Source: Utricularia gibba (Eukaryota > Plantae > Magnoliophyta). Taken from it: 64,000 bases of DNA. Shown here in pieces: positions 37,342-49,668 of the stretch. The DNA is taken from contig NEEC01000014.1 of NCBI GenBank assembly GCA_002189035.1, positions 1,178,001 to 1,242,000 of the forward strand, given 5' to 3'. Each line of letters opens with the position of its first letter. The stretch's first letter is position 1. A program made the position numbers and the translations under genes. Below the pieces are notes generated by a model. That model ran no database searches. It was given only the letters and a program-made list of their open reading frames with translations, and was not told where the DNA came from.

Positions 37342-37577
37342 TGATCACATTTTCCGATGTACTCTGCCAGTTACTGTATTGTGTTAAGTCGTCAAAGGAC
37401 TGAACCACGACATCGGCTCCTCCACACCATCGGCTCGCGTTTTCAACCGTCGTTTCTCTGTTTGTCGATTGGATTGGAACGAAGGTTATACTTCCCCGGC
37501 GCCAGATCTTTTTTTTCAGAAAACCTGAGAAGTAGATCTGATTTGGAGATTCTGGAACGGAGAGACGGGGGGGAAAA

Positions 37578-38542
37578 ATGATGATGATTCGATCGCTTTG
37601 CCGTTCAATCGTTCGTAGATCTCATGGTTTTTCATCAGCCACGCAAGCCGCTGGAGCTGCGATCAACAACCGTTTCCGACCCATTCATTTCTCATCCCCT
37701 TCTTTTCCCCTGTCTGGGAATCACGGTATTAACTCCTACTTGAGTTATACGTCTTGGTTGAATTGATTTCGTATGTATTTCTTTTTTTTTTTTTTCATGT
37801 AGAGAATGGGCATCCTTTTGCAATGTCTATGGGGACTATTCGTTCATTCAGCGATGATGTTACCCATATCCCTGCGATCAGTGACCTTGACATTGAACGC
37901 GCGTTCAAGGACTTGATGGCAACTAACTGGGATGAACTCCCCCCTTCAGTTGTTGAAGATGTGAGTAAGGCGTTGACGAAGAATACTGAGGATAAGGCTG
38001 CTCAGGAAGTCTTGAAGAATGTTTTCCGAGCAGCAGAGGCAGTAGAGGAATTTACTGGGATAATCTTGTCACTCAAGATGAAGATGGATGATGAAATTGG
38101 AGCTGCTGGTGAGGTAGACAAGCTGCTTATGAAGCATGGTTATAGTCAACTTTGATACATTTTCCAATCATCTGTTGATTGTCACTTTCCCATAGGATTC
38201 AAAACCACTCCCTGAAGTATATGTGAAGGCCATGAAGACTATTCTCGACAGGCACATTGCATATCTGGCCTCCTTTGCGCCTGAAGAGACCTATTTGAAG
38301 AAAAAAGTTGAAATGGAGTTGGGATCAAAGATGATATTCTTGAAAATGAGATGCGGTGGTCTCGTTGCCGACTGGGGAAAGGTATGCATATTCATCGATT
38401 GTATGCTTCTGACCTAACGAACCATTCACCATATAACTGGTTTGTTCATCACAATCTCACTATCCTCTGTTGGCAACAAATGCAGGTGTCAGTCCTTGGA
38501 ACATCTGGACTAGCTGGGTCTTATGTGGAGCAAAGATCATAA
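37578..38542 (+). CDS. SDH5: Succinate dehydrogenase subunit 5 (plant-specific complex II subunit), 4 exons
   Basis: An Arg/Ser-rich presequence is followed by FKDLMATNWDELP, VLKNVFRAAEAVEEFTG, YLKKKVEMELGSKMIFLKMRCGG and VSVLGTSGLAGSYVEQRS. Junctions are in frame. Confidence 0.93.
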
Positions 38543-38867
38543 TACTTAAGGTAGTCGAACCGCAGTTTCTGCCTGCTTTTGAAATAATAGGAGCAGAACA
38601 AAGTTTCTTATGCTGAGTTAACGGTATGCACCGCCCTGAATAATGTTACATCTTTTAATGAAATGAATCTATGGCTAATGCTCCCAAGCCAGTTTCGCAG
38701 AGTTGGGATATTTTTTTCATTGTTGGTGCAAATCCTCTTATTCAGACAAACAAGATACAAGATTGTCGTTCATTCACGATAGAGTACACATATGATTGTA
38801 GGAAACTACAAACATGCATAGATGTCTCTTGAACCTTCCTAACAAGGAATCCGAACGATGGTCATGG

Positions 38868-39920
38868 TTAGTACCTGTGATCATCGTCATACCTGTAGTT
38901 TTCATCATAAGATGTATAGCTCTTTGTGCTAATTGTTGGTTGCCTATTCACCTGCAAGCAAGGACTTACCAATATCAACATGGCGAAAGAGGTCATCAAA
39001 TAAACCACCTTGTTTATGCTCGTTCATCACAAGCATGTTAGGTGCAGGAAACTACATACCCTGTGAATCATATTCTCAAATGCCTCAGGACCATTGTCTT
39101 GGATATACTTCTCTGCTGCTGTGAGCACGTCCTCAGGCTTGCTGTAAACATCGCTCTTGCTCGGGGCGTACCACAGGTTAGTGGACCTCGGTCGAGTGAC
39201 GAGATTCGGGCGAACAAAATTCTCATAAACATGTGCTGCTCCATTGAAGTACGGAATCACCAGCCAGCATGTGAAGAACAGCTTCAAATATGGCCAGAAT
39301 GGGAACCTGGTATACACACGGATCACCGATCATGCTCTACTTATCTGAATACAGATTCTGAAGCACACATATGTTTACCCACAGACACCAAGAGTTCAAA
39401 TGTGTCCACATGGACAGGGAAAACGTGAAACCGATACACTCTTACAAAGGTTGACAGATCATGCAAGTGTAGAATCCATTAGAATTTAACAGGTGAGGGG
39501 CATACCACACCATAAGCCTGGCGAAGATGAGTTCAAAAAGGGTGATGATGGAGTAGAGAACCCAATACATGAGCCATTGCTGATGATCAGCTTGTGACCT
39601 CGTTTCAATAGCTCTAACTGAGGCATACCTGCCCAGAATTTTACCGCAGCCAGATGTCTTGTTAGAAGCCAGGGATTGAATCACATGTCATAGTACAGAA
39701 ACAATGAACGACTTACAGAGGATAAGCCAGAGTAGCCACAGGCCTGCAACCAGCATCCAAAATCCCTCAGAAGACAAAAGATAGTGATGATGATGACCCA
39801 GTATTCGAAAAACAGAGAAAAATGAAGAGAAGTGGAGTTAGTTTACACAGCGAGAACGTCGAAATTCTGCAACAGCAGATTGAAAAAGCTGTCGGAAGCA
39901 GAAGCTCCTCCACCCCGCAT
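38868..39920 (-). CDS. HVA22a: HVA22a-like (TB2/DP1/HVA22 family) protein, 5 exons
   Basis: LLQNFDVLAV|PVATLAYPL|YASVRAIET...QQWLMYWVLYSIITLFEL and FPFWPYLKLFFTCWLVIP. The C-terminus is ...DDDHRY. Confidence 0.9.
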
Positions 39921-41421
39921 CTTCAATGGCGAAATTTCTGCTCCAGAGGGGGGAAGATGCTGGGGATTTTATAAAGGAGCCACTTTTCGAAAGTGTTCCG
40001 GAAAGACATTCTTTCAGCCCGTAAAAGAAAAAAAGATTCCAATCGGAATCGGCGGCGGCGCGTTGCGGGAAAAACACTTAATGCTAAAGGCTTAGATTCC
40101 GGGGGTGAGGCTCTCTCCGGTCAGACGGTGGAATAAATAATTTTTCGTATCCTTTCTTTTTTGAATGCTGAAGTGGATTCCCTGAGTCGCATGAGTCCCG
40201 AATGAGATGAAGAAACCATTCAGACCCAGACATCCTCTGCCCATTAAAGAATCATGGGCATTAACTGCAGCTTTCGAAGAACACACTTTTGTTTCTGGCT
40301 TTTGCAATTCATACCAGAACTCAAAAGAGTTGAGCCCTAATCGTCTTCTTTGATAAAGCTAAAAGCTTCTTTGATACAGAAGGATCCCAACCTGAAAACA
40401 TAGAAATTTTCAACTGTGAAAGTTTCAGTAGGGCGGAGGAAAAGGGTTCCAGCCGGCACACACCCATAGCGTTTACAAGGAGATCAACGGACCAAAGCCA
40501 CGTTTCCAATGAACAAAAAAGTATTAGGAATGCGAAAAATTGGTAGCGGCGACATGGGTTTCATCAGTCATTTCACTGTTTAATGCTACTACGAACAGGC
40601 TAACATAATTTCTTCATGTGTGAAGAACCCTAGTAATGGCCGCCACTAAAAATACAGAACAGCCCAGATGGGGAATGGAGAAAAAAATATGCATCACCAT
40701 TGAATTCTGAAAGCAAAAACCTAAATTACTGCTACCCACAACTTGATGCATGAAATGCATGTGTAATTAATACCAACAACTACAAAATATCTGTACAAGG
40801 TCAGAACTTTGACCCACCCATTGTCTGGTTTCATCAAACGGGAGTGCCTAATTCTTATATATGTACTCTTAACAGAAATGGAGAAGCACAAGGCACATAT
40901 TTGAACAAGTGCTAGAAAGTCGGAAGGTACATGTATCATTGCTGGCTTAATCCAAGTGTCTACAATCACTAGCTAATCTACCTTAAAAAACAGTCCACCA
41001 TCTCGAAGAAAAGGAAAGTGTGCGACCACGATAATAAAAGAGAGAAAAGGAGAAAAAATTGACCGTAAGCCACCTGCTCGGCGATGCCATATTCTACTGC
41101 TTCTTTACTGGCATCAAAATCGTCGGCATAAATCACGCTTAATGGATACCTGTATTCCCCAGTCAAATATAAATCGTCCCCACAAACAATTAAATGTCAA
41201 AGTATCTATCTTTTTCAGTTCGTTTTTTTGAATGTGCCTTTTGCGTTAAAGAACATGAACCAGAGACCTGAACTTAAAAGTTGATATGTTTCTTCTTGGA
41301 AACAGAAAATCTTTTCTCCTCTGAGCTGTTTTCTTCTGTACTACGCGGTTTCCTGTTTTAAAAGTTAGCCTCACTCTTGTTCTCACATGCCTGAACAATT
41401 TCTCCTCACAACCTGTTTCTC

Positions 41422-43902
41422 ATGATCATGTCTGTTGTGATGAAAAGGACCCTTTTTAGCTCCTTCACGGCTGGTGTAGTTTTGGTTCTTGGTTTTGGTA
41501 TCTACGTGGTGGTGGGAGATGAGTTTTCTCCTGTTGATAACTATTTGATCGACTGTGGATCCTTGCAGAGTACTTTTCTAGATGATGGAAGGACTTTTTT
41601 CTCTGATTCTCAATCATCATCATCATCCTATTTATCTACTGATCAAGATGTTGTGGTTTCAACTGATTCTGATTCTGATTCCGATGTGTTCCTTCCTCTG
41701 CATCTCACTGCAAGAGTCTTTACCAGTGCGTCGATGTACCAGTTTCCAATCCTCAAACCAGGGTGGCATTGGCTTCGATTCTACTTCTATCCTGTTCAAC
41801 ACAGGATGTATAATCTCACCTCAGCCACATTTTCTGTAACAACAGGTCATGTTGTTCTGTTGCAAGGATTTTCTGTCAAACAAACTGTGTTCAAAGAGTA
41901 TCTCATCAACATCCCTTCAAGTAACCTCACTCTTACATTCTTGCCTGTGAAGAATTCGATTGCTTTCATCAACGGAATTGAAGTTGTTTCTGCTCCTAAT
42001 AGCTTGATCCCAAGCACAGCCTCTTCGGTTCCTCCAGGCAGTGAACTCGTTGGGCTAACAGACTGCGCAATGGAAGTTACACACCGGTTGAATGTGGGAG
42101 GTCCTGCTGTAACTCCGAAGAATGATCAATTGCATAGAACATGGTTGCCTGATTCACCCTTCATGATCTTCCCTGAAGGAGCTCACAGTGTCTCTGTTCC
42201 AAGTGATAGGATTCTCTATCCTGGAGATGGAATCGGACCAACTCCTTTGATTGCTCCTCCCTTAGTGTACTCAACTGCAGATCGAATGGCAGATCCCGGC
42301 ACAAGTAATCCAAACTTCAACCTAACATGGCAACTGAAAGTTGATCCTAGTTTTTCATACTTGATCAGACTCCACTTCTGTGACATAGTGAGCAATGCCC
42401 TCAACGAGCTTTACTTCAATGTGTACATCAATGAGATTCTGTGCGTCATGGGGCTTGATCTTTCCACCTTAACTCTAGGACTAGATGTACCGCACCACAT
42501 GGACTTCGTGCTCAGTGCCTCTGCCATAAAAAACGGGTCTGTGATCGTCCAGGTCGGCCCGAGTTGGGAGATACAATCAAGCATGCCTAATGCTATCCTT
42601 AATGGGCTAGAAGTGGTGAAACTGAGCAATTCAGCTGGGAATTTAGATGGCTTCTCCCCATCAAAGAGAATCAGTGTTGTGACAAAAGTTGCTGCTCTTG
42701 TGGGCTTAGCATTCGGATTAGTAGCATTGGTTTTGCTTCTCATCAGGATAGCAACTCAAAGACGCAGAGTGCCTAAAACTTATCAGAGACAGAGAACTTT
42801 AACTTCATGGCTTCTGTCTCTGAACTCCAACCAGTTCAGCTTCCTGTCAAGCAAGACCAGGATCTCCTCCACATTCTCAACTGATACAGATTCAGCCCTT
42901 AATCTCGGGAGACGGTTCACACTGAGCGAGCTGCGTGATGCAACAAGGAACTTCAGTGAGAGCACAATAGTAGGAGTTGGTGGATTTGGGAATGTTTACA
43001 TAGGAGAGGTAGATGAGGGGATAAAAGTTGCAGTGAAACGAGGGAATGCATTGAGTTCCCAAGGAATGAACGAGTTCCAGATGGAAATCCAGTTGCTCTC
43101 AAAGCTAAGACACAGACACCTGGTTTCCCTGATAGGATACTGTGATGAGCAATCAGAAATGATACTGGTCTACGAGTACATGTCCAATGGATCTCTTCGG
43201 AATCATCTCTACAACTCAAATTTGCCTCCCCTTTCATGGAAACAGAGGCTAGAAATCTGCATAGGAGCAGCCAGAGGACTGCACTATCTCCACACGGGAT
43301 CAACACCAGGGATAATCCATAGAGATGTAAAGACAACGAACATACTACTAGACGAATGTTTCGTCGCTAAAGTTTCCGACTTCGGCTTGTCGAAAGCCGG
43401 CCCGGAATCCCTGGATCAAACGCATGTCAGCACTGCAGTGAAGGGAAGCTTCGGATACCTGGATCCTGAATACTTCAAAAGGAAACAAATAACAGACAAA
43501 TCAGACGTTTACTCATTCGGAGTCGTGTTGTTCGAAGTTCTATGCGCTAGACCAGCAATAGACACGGGACTACCCCAGGAGCAAGCGAACTTAGCCGAGT
43601 GGGCAAAGAAACAAAAAGCTCGAGGGATGATTGAAACCATCGTCGATCCCAGCATCGTTGACAGTATCCATAGAGACTCACTACTCCTGTTTGTTGACAT
43701 TGCTGAGAAATGCCTAGCCGAATACGGAGTCGAAAGGCCGGCCATCGGAGATGTGCTGTGGCACCTTGAGTACGCTTTGCAGATCCAAGACACGAAAGAA
43801 GCTGAAGACAGAAGTACAACCAGTAGGGAGGAAATGGTGGTTGACGTAAGCGAGGATTCTGGTGCTGCTGTTCACTCCCCCGTCCTTCTTCATGGGAGGT
43901 GA
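41422..43902 (+). CDS. ERU: CrRLK1L malectin-like receptor kinase, most like ERULUS/CAP1 (At5g61350); intronless, 826 aa
   Basis: NYLIDCGS, two malectin-like domains, DFVLSASAIKNGSVIVQVGP (ERU-like), NAILNGLEV, a TM helix and an intact kinase (GVGGFG, HRDVKTTN, HVSTAVKGSFGYLDPEY). Confidence 0.92.
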   Translation: MIMSVVMKRTLFSSFTAGVVLVLGFGIYVVVGDEFSPVDNYLIDCGSLQSTFLDDGRTFFSDSQSSSSSYLSTDQDVVVSTDSDSDSDVFLPLHLTARVFTSASMYQFPILKPGWHWLRFYFYPVQHRMYNLTSATFSVTTGHVVLLQGFSVKQTVFKEYLINIPSSNLTLTFLPVKNSIAFINGIEVVSAPNSLIPSTASSVPPGSELVGLTDCAMEVTHRLNVGGPAVTPKNDQLHRTWLPDSPFMIFPEGAHSVSVPSDRILYPGDGIGPTPLIAPPLVYSTADRMADPGTSNPNFNLTWQLKVDPSFSYLIRLHFCDIVSNALNELYFNVYINEILCVMGLDLSTLTLGLDVPHHMDFVLSASAIKNGSVIVQVGPSWEIQSSMPNAILNGLEVVKLSNSAGNLDGFSPSKRISVVTKVAALVGLAFGLVALVLLLIRIATQRRRVPKTYQRQRTLTSWLLSLNSNQFSFLSSKTRISSTFSTDTDSALNLGRRFTLSELRDATRNFSESTIVGVGGFGNVYIGEVDEGIKVAVKRGNALSSQGMNEFQMEIQLLSKLRHRHLVSLIGYCDEQSEMILVYEYMSNGSLRNHLYNSNLPPLSWKQRLEICIGAARGLHYLHTGSTPGIIHRDVKTTNILLDECFVAKVSDFGLSKAGPESLDQTHVSTAVKGSFGYLDPEYFKRKQITDKSDVYSFGVVLFEVLCARPAIDTGLPQEQANLAEWAKKQKARGMIETIVDPSIVDSIHRDSLLLFVDIAEKCLAEYGVERPAIGDVLWHLEYALQIQDTKEAEDRSTTSREEMVVDVSEDSGAAVHSPVLLHGR

Positions 43903-44248
43903 TCGGATTCACCATGCAAGCAACATGCTGCAGCTTGTACCATGACTCTATCCAGGATTCAAAAGAAATGCTAATAACTTACTTTTCCCAGTGAAAGCAA
44001 AAACGCAATTAGGGTAACGACGAGGCGTTGAACTTGAAAACGGAGATTATCAGAAGAGGACGACGCAGTGGGAAGGATGGAGATCGGAAAACCAGAAGAT
44101 CAATTTGGGGAGCCAGGCGAGCCCTACCCAGCCCCTTAAACCCATTACCCGATATAGCAAATAATTTGGGCTTCAACTTACTTATTTGGGCCGATACTGA
44201 ACACGGGCCCAACTCATTCCTCTGCCGCAGCCGGAGGAGGAAGATGGT

Positions 44249-44925
44249 ATTGGCAGATGGCCTGCTTTGCTCATTCCTCCGCCTCCTCCCCGATTGGTTC
44301 AGAAAGTAAGCTGCTGAAATCATGGAGTGCTCCCTCCTTCCCAAATGGGATACTCAAGACTGTTGCCCTTTTTCTATTACAGTTTTCAGGATTGATCCCT
44401 CCGATCCGGATCAACAAAGGTTAATGCTGCTGCTAGTCTGCATGTGGATCAGAATGCTGCTTCTTTAGAAGGTGAAAGACATCTCAAACGTCATGTGGAT
44501 GACGTTTCCAGAGAGAAGGAACGCGTGTTTAGCTCAGGGGAAGCTGCTGTGAAGTTGCCACTTCAGAAAGAAAGGCGCCACCAAACGGCTGATTCCTTTT
44601 GCTGGGAAGGGACTGCTTGTTTGGTTATCTCATTTGCCATTTCCTTGCTATGTTTCTAATGCCCAGATTACTTACTGAATGTTTCTCACTTTGCTCTTCG
44701 TTGTTAAATCCTCTCCTTGGTACGGCAGCCCCTCCCAAGAACCAGAATCCGATGAAGCTGATGCCGGAGGCTACAGCCTTCTTAAAGGCCAAACAACTGA
44801 GTGAGAGTCAGAAAAAGAATGGTTCTACTGCTGCTGCTGCTGTCAATGAAACACCTAGAAAAAAGATACAGGTAGAAGAAGGTATTCCTAGAATCACCTT
44901 TAGTTTCTACTCCCACATCATTTGA
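44249..44925 (+). other. Possible small spliced gene of unknown family
   Basis: A GC-rich first-exon-like segment ends at AGAAA|GTAAGC (~44306). Pyrimidine-rich acceptors follow, and downstream frames are open (VNAAASLHVDQ...; PPKNQNPMKLMPEATAFLKAKQL...). I recognised no homology. Confidence 0.3.
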
Positions 44926-45221
44926 AGATGGGAGGGTGCAGGGAGAGAGCCCAGTGAGTAGACCTGTTTCTCTTTAATCAATTCATCCATGTAACATGAG
45001 AATAGTGAAGTAGAAATTTGCATGAGTTTTCATTTGGGCTCATCTGTTTTACAACAGATGGGAAAAGGGACGCTAAATGGGGTAGATAGATAACACTACA
45101 AATGGTCATGGCAGTACAGAAGAGAAACTGGGACTGCAAGATTTAAAGAATCACCAGAGTTCCAGCAGCCCCTCCACTCCATGGAAGAAGCAGCGCAAAC
45201 CAGCCAGTTTTACTTCCCTTC

Positions 45222-46553
45222 TCACCAGAAAATGAGAAAACCAGCAGCCGCGGCGACGATTACAGGTACAGAAGAGGCGAGTCGCATCCCTCCTCGGCTA
45301 ATGTCGTTGGTCCCAGACGGACCGAGGCCACCTCCGATAGCGCCGTTGTTGGGGCCTGTCACCAGAGGGCTCCCACCACCACCCCCATTTGGAACCGTCG
45401 TCGTGCCTCCGGTGCCACCCACCGGAGCCGACGTAGTACTGCACATCATCACCACCACCACCATTCATCACAAACAAGTGTCAATTCCAATTTCCAATAA
45501 AATCATAGAAAAAGCAGCACCCAGTTATTGCTTTGAAAGCTACACAAAGGTAAACACACTAAAAGGGAAGGATGCGACTTAAAACCAAAGCAATGCGGGA
45601 GTGGGGCTGCTCCGAAAACACCAGTGACAACGAAAGGTTCATAAAGCCAACCAGCCACCCACCACCCATTTTTGAGGGTGGCCAGATTTCTAAATACCTC
45701 ACTACTTCTACTCTTTACCTTTATAATGTTAATTTGTTGATAAAAAAAATACAAAAATTAGTGTTGGTCAACTCTTCAAAGACTACTTTGACCTCTTCGT
45801 TGACCATTATCTATCTACTGGTCAACGAGCTTAAAGCTACTACCACACCAATCAACAAAAACCACAGATTTAAAAAAAAAAAGAAGAAAACAAGTAGAAA
45901 AGTGGGCCCCACTTACGGGGGCAAAATTGACATTACTTGCGTTGGGTAAAAAACGAGGTGATCGATCACGGTAAATGGTAATTAATTTGGTAGCCGAAAA
46001 ACTTGTTACCCCACCCGAAAACAGTAATAAATATTAAATAATGGTAAATGGAGAACCTTGCAGGATAAGCGCATCCGGCAGTGCCTGAAACAAACCAGAT
46101 CCGGCGTCAGGGCCAGAAAGGTAAATTACAAAAGAACATTATTTTTTAATTAAAAAAATGAAGCTCACTGGGATCGGAGGTAACGATGGAGGCGGCGCCG
46201 GAGAAGTCGCAGGCGGTTGCAGCCTGGTGATTCCTCTGGAAGTAGCTGTTAACAGCGTAGTTACAGTGCGCGTGAACCGTGTTCGGGTTGAAACACGGCC
46301 CATTCTGGTGCGTCGGGTTGCAATCGGCTCCGGCTCCGCACGCGTAATCTAGGGTTTTTTGCAGCACGGCGTCCCCCACTCCTTCCCTGCACACGCACCA
46401 CGTCGCACCTGCAAACACACAAAAAAGAAAAAGTAAGCAAAAAAGAAAGCGCAACTACAGGAGTGAGGAGCGCGAGAGAGAGGTACTTGAGTAGGAAGCC
46501 ATGGAAGCAAGAAGGAGCAGGAGACAGAGAGAAGTGGGAGAAGAAGAATCCAT
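45222..46553 (-). CDS. PDCB: Plasmodesmata callose-binding protein (X8/CBM43 domain, GPI-anchored), 4 exons
   Basis: Signal exon MDSSSPTSLCLLLLLASMASYS|, X8 domain SATWCVCR...LQKTLDYACGAGADC...HCNYAVNSYFQ...CDFSG, a short CAYPAS exon, a Gly/Thr linker and a hydrophobic C-terminus. Confidence 0.9.
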
Positions 46554-47150
46554 TGTGTTGCTAAGTTGCCAGGAGAGGGAGAGGGAGAGAGATGCGTTTA
46601 GAGAAGTGGACAGCTTACATGTACTACCACCACTGCTGCATTGTTGCTATTTATAAACATTAAAATACCAATTTTAAAATACAAATCCAGACATTGCCAT
46701 ATACCATACCATGTGTGCCACTCATACAAAGACTTCCGTTTATATGACATACAAACAAGACATACGTCATACCTTTTGATCGAAACATAATCTATTTCAA
46801 ATCATTCAAATCTACGAAAGTTTACAGCATACTATTTCGAATCTTTTTTCGGAGCAAGATGCCTAGCTTACGTTCTCAAAATTTACATGACTATTTCCCT
46901 ACTCAAATGGGGAAAATGGAGTGAAAGCGGGAGGGGGGTCCGAGTCTTTTGTCGGCGATTGTACCTTTTGCCCCGCACCCGAGTCTCATTCCTAACTCCA
47001 ACCACACACACACACACAGGTACATGCCATGGCGATTGAGCAATGAGGAAGAGGCTATGTTTTTTTTGTGCGCTGTGCCATGGCTTCTGGTCACTCGCAA
47101 CGGCTATATATCTTCACATCTTTTGAATTATAAATATTGATATATTTACG

Positions 47151-47154
<4 letters not shown>

Positions 47155-47196
<42 letters not shown>
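47155..47196. repeat. (TA)21 microsatellite
   Basis: Uninterrupted TA run read directly from the sequence. Confidence 0.95.
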
Positions 47197-47201
<5 letters not shown>

Positions 47202-47852
47202 CCCATCAACGGCTAGCTGGATATTCTATTCTGTTCCGTACCGGTTTGAATTTTCTTGGCTCGTACACCTACCACCCTACTACCCCTCGGCGAGGCTTTG
47301 CCCCTACCAAATTCTTGTCCACTGCCCCAAATCTGTGACACGTCACCGTTAGGAAAAAACGCAATAGTGATCGTCATCTAACTCATCCATAACAAGCACC
47401 GGACTCTTTCATCTTTTTTACTGTAAGGACACGTACTGAAACAAAAACAAGCCACAACGCGGAAAGCCTGTGGAAAGCAGAAGCAAGCGCACATGAAGAA
47501 ACACAGAATGGCAGAGGGATGTGAAGGTGAAGCACTATTGAGTGAGAAGACAAAGGAAAGACGACGTAGAGAGGGTGGAAACAGTAGGGAAAAAGACGGC
47601 AAAAGGCAACTTTCAAGGTAAAAGGGATTGGGGTTAGAGACGAATACCTTCTAGAGTTGCTTGTTAGCTGTCAGACTGGTTATGAGGACATTGTTGCTCC
47701 ACGGAATGTAAAGAGGGAATATATACATTTTCACGGCACCAATCCATAATCATAGAGGTTGCTGAGTTGATCCATAAAAAAGTGAAGATCCTACAACATG
47801 CAGAACATAGGGTTCCGATGAAAAGTCGATAAACCCGGTATGTTGTTGGTCA

Positions 47853-49424
47853 CTACTCCCAGTCAGTGTCGAAGAAACCAGCCTCCTTCATCTCGGAGTA
47901 GTATGCAGTGTCCAAAAGCCAATCTTCCTCCTGCAAATCATCATGGGAGTGTTTAAGTGATCCAAAAAATTTCATAAGGGGGTACGCATGTTTTTGCACT
48001 GAAATCCCTTTTGTTAGAAGATGGTGGTAGAATAGAAACCGAGAACAAGCATGATAGTTAGTTACCTGGAAAAAATCAGCCAGGAAAGTCATGTAGAGGT
48101 ATGGAAGATAGAGAGAGTGACGACATATAACTAGAATATTGTAGCACCTGGAAGAAGTTTCATCATCTACATAAGCTCGAAGACTCATACGTAAAATTTG
48201 AATGATTAAATAAATCATTGAGATGTGAGTACCAAATTCCAAGACTAAAGCCAAACCCGGCCACTCCGCATGCCAGTAACACCATGACATTGAATGCAAA
48301 CATGGCGACCACATAGTTGTAAAACGATGGCCTCGCTGCAAAAGCTTGGAATATCAAACTTCAAAGCAATGCAAGAAATGAGATGAAAGAAGCAGAAAGC
48401 ACACGCACGTGGTAGCTTATCTCTCCACTTTGAGTAGTGAACGAAGAGGATGTAGCAATAGATTGCTGTCAGAATCAAAGTCTGAACAAACAACACACTC
48501 CACTTTCCCCAGTCTGTAGCATTGGAATTGACAAGCAAAGGCACCCTAAATCCAAATATGAAGATTGCCTGCACCAAGGAAGGTTGAATCATCCCTCTGT
48601 CTGTAGAACAGACAAGATACAAGACGTCTAGGAGTTCCAAAATAAGACCCTTTGCATTTCAATCCAAAACATCAACCGGGAACATGCAGTGTATATTAAA
48701 ATGATTTCATGATCTTTTTCCTATCCAACGTGAAATTCACATATTTCAAAAACACTAGAGGGATGAGAGCACATGCGTTACCTGAAGAAATACATCCGCA
48801 GCGGCAACTGAACCTGAAATAAGAAAGGTATGCGCCAGCGACTCCAGGCCACTAGAATAATTCTCCTGAAGCAGGAACGCCACTATACTAATTTCTAATA
48901 GAAGCATCCCAAGTTCAGTAGTTAATGATAATAGATTCCAACCCACTGCCTTTCCAGGATCACACCGCCAATCCTGTTTTCATATCAAAGAAGCAAAATT
49001 TGACAAATTAGGAAGGATCGAGGGCACAAGCAAACTAATTTACCAGCACAAACGATTTTACGGGTACAGAAATAACAAGCCTGGGCTAATTATAGTTCAT
49101 TGCGCAGATCAAAGATAGCAAAATCACCTAGGCGATTAAAAAACCGCCCAAAAACTTAACCTGAAGAAGAGACCACGCTAAATTGAGAAGCGCCGAGAAC
49201 CACAGAAGGGCGTAGTAGGCGATCATGACATAGGACCTCCGGTGAGCGAGCTTCTTGACGTGCCGCCTTGCCTGAAAGCCAAGGTACAACAACAGCAGCA
49301 CCGCCGGCACAACCAGCGCAGCGTCGCGCCATAAGCTGTTGCAGCTGGCGCCCCGTCCAGAAACAGTCTCGATTTGGGGATCGGCGATCGATGGTATCGG
49401 GATTGAGAAATTAGGGTTTGACAT
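47853..49424 (-). CDS. CAND2: CAND2/PMTR1-like 7TM protein (TPRA1 family), 6 exons
   Basis: SYVMIAYYALLWFSALLNLAWSLLQ, ENYSSGLESLAHTF, SKWRDKLP|ARPSFYNY and YMTFLADFFQ|EEDWLLDTAYYSEMKEAGFFDTDWE. All junctions are in frame. Confidence 0.9.
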
Positions 49425-49668
49425 CCGCCCAAAAATCGCCACAAGAAAATCAAATCATCTCCGTAACCTACCATCGGCAACCGTGTGCTAATTAAATACT
49501 TATTTCAACTCATCCCTTTTTTCCCCAGAATTTAAATACATAAATAGAAAATTAATTAAATAAAATCATTTTATTATTGCAAAAATACGACAACCACAAT
49601 GAACTTCTAACACAGCACAGAATCAATTGGTGTCTGCTCATGGTTTTTGGAAACTCGTGGCCTCTACA

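Noticed and set aside
47826-47836. TCGATAAACC matches the first 10 nt of miR162
   Set aside because: The match stops at 10 nt, lies in the CAND2 3' flank and has no hairpin.
11877-49424. ABA/stress 'cluster' (ABA2, HVA22a, CAND2, NPF2)
   Set aside because: The genes are scattered among unrelated housekeeping genes over 37 kb, with no pathway-like adjacency.
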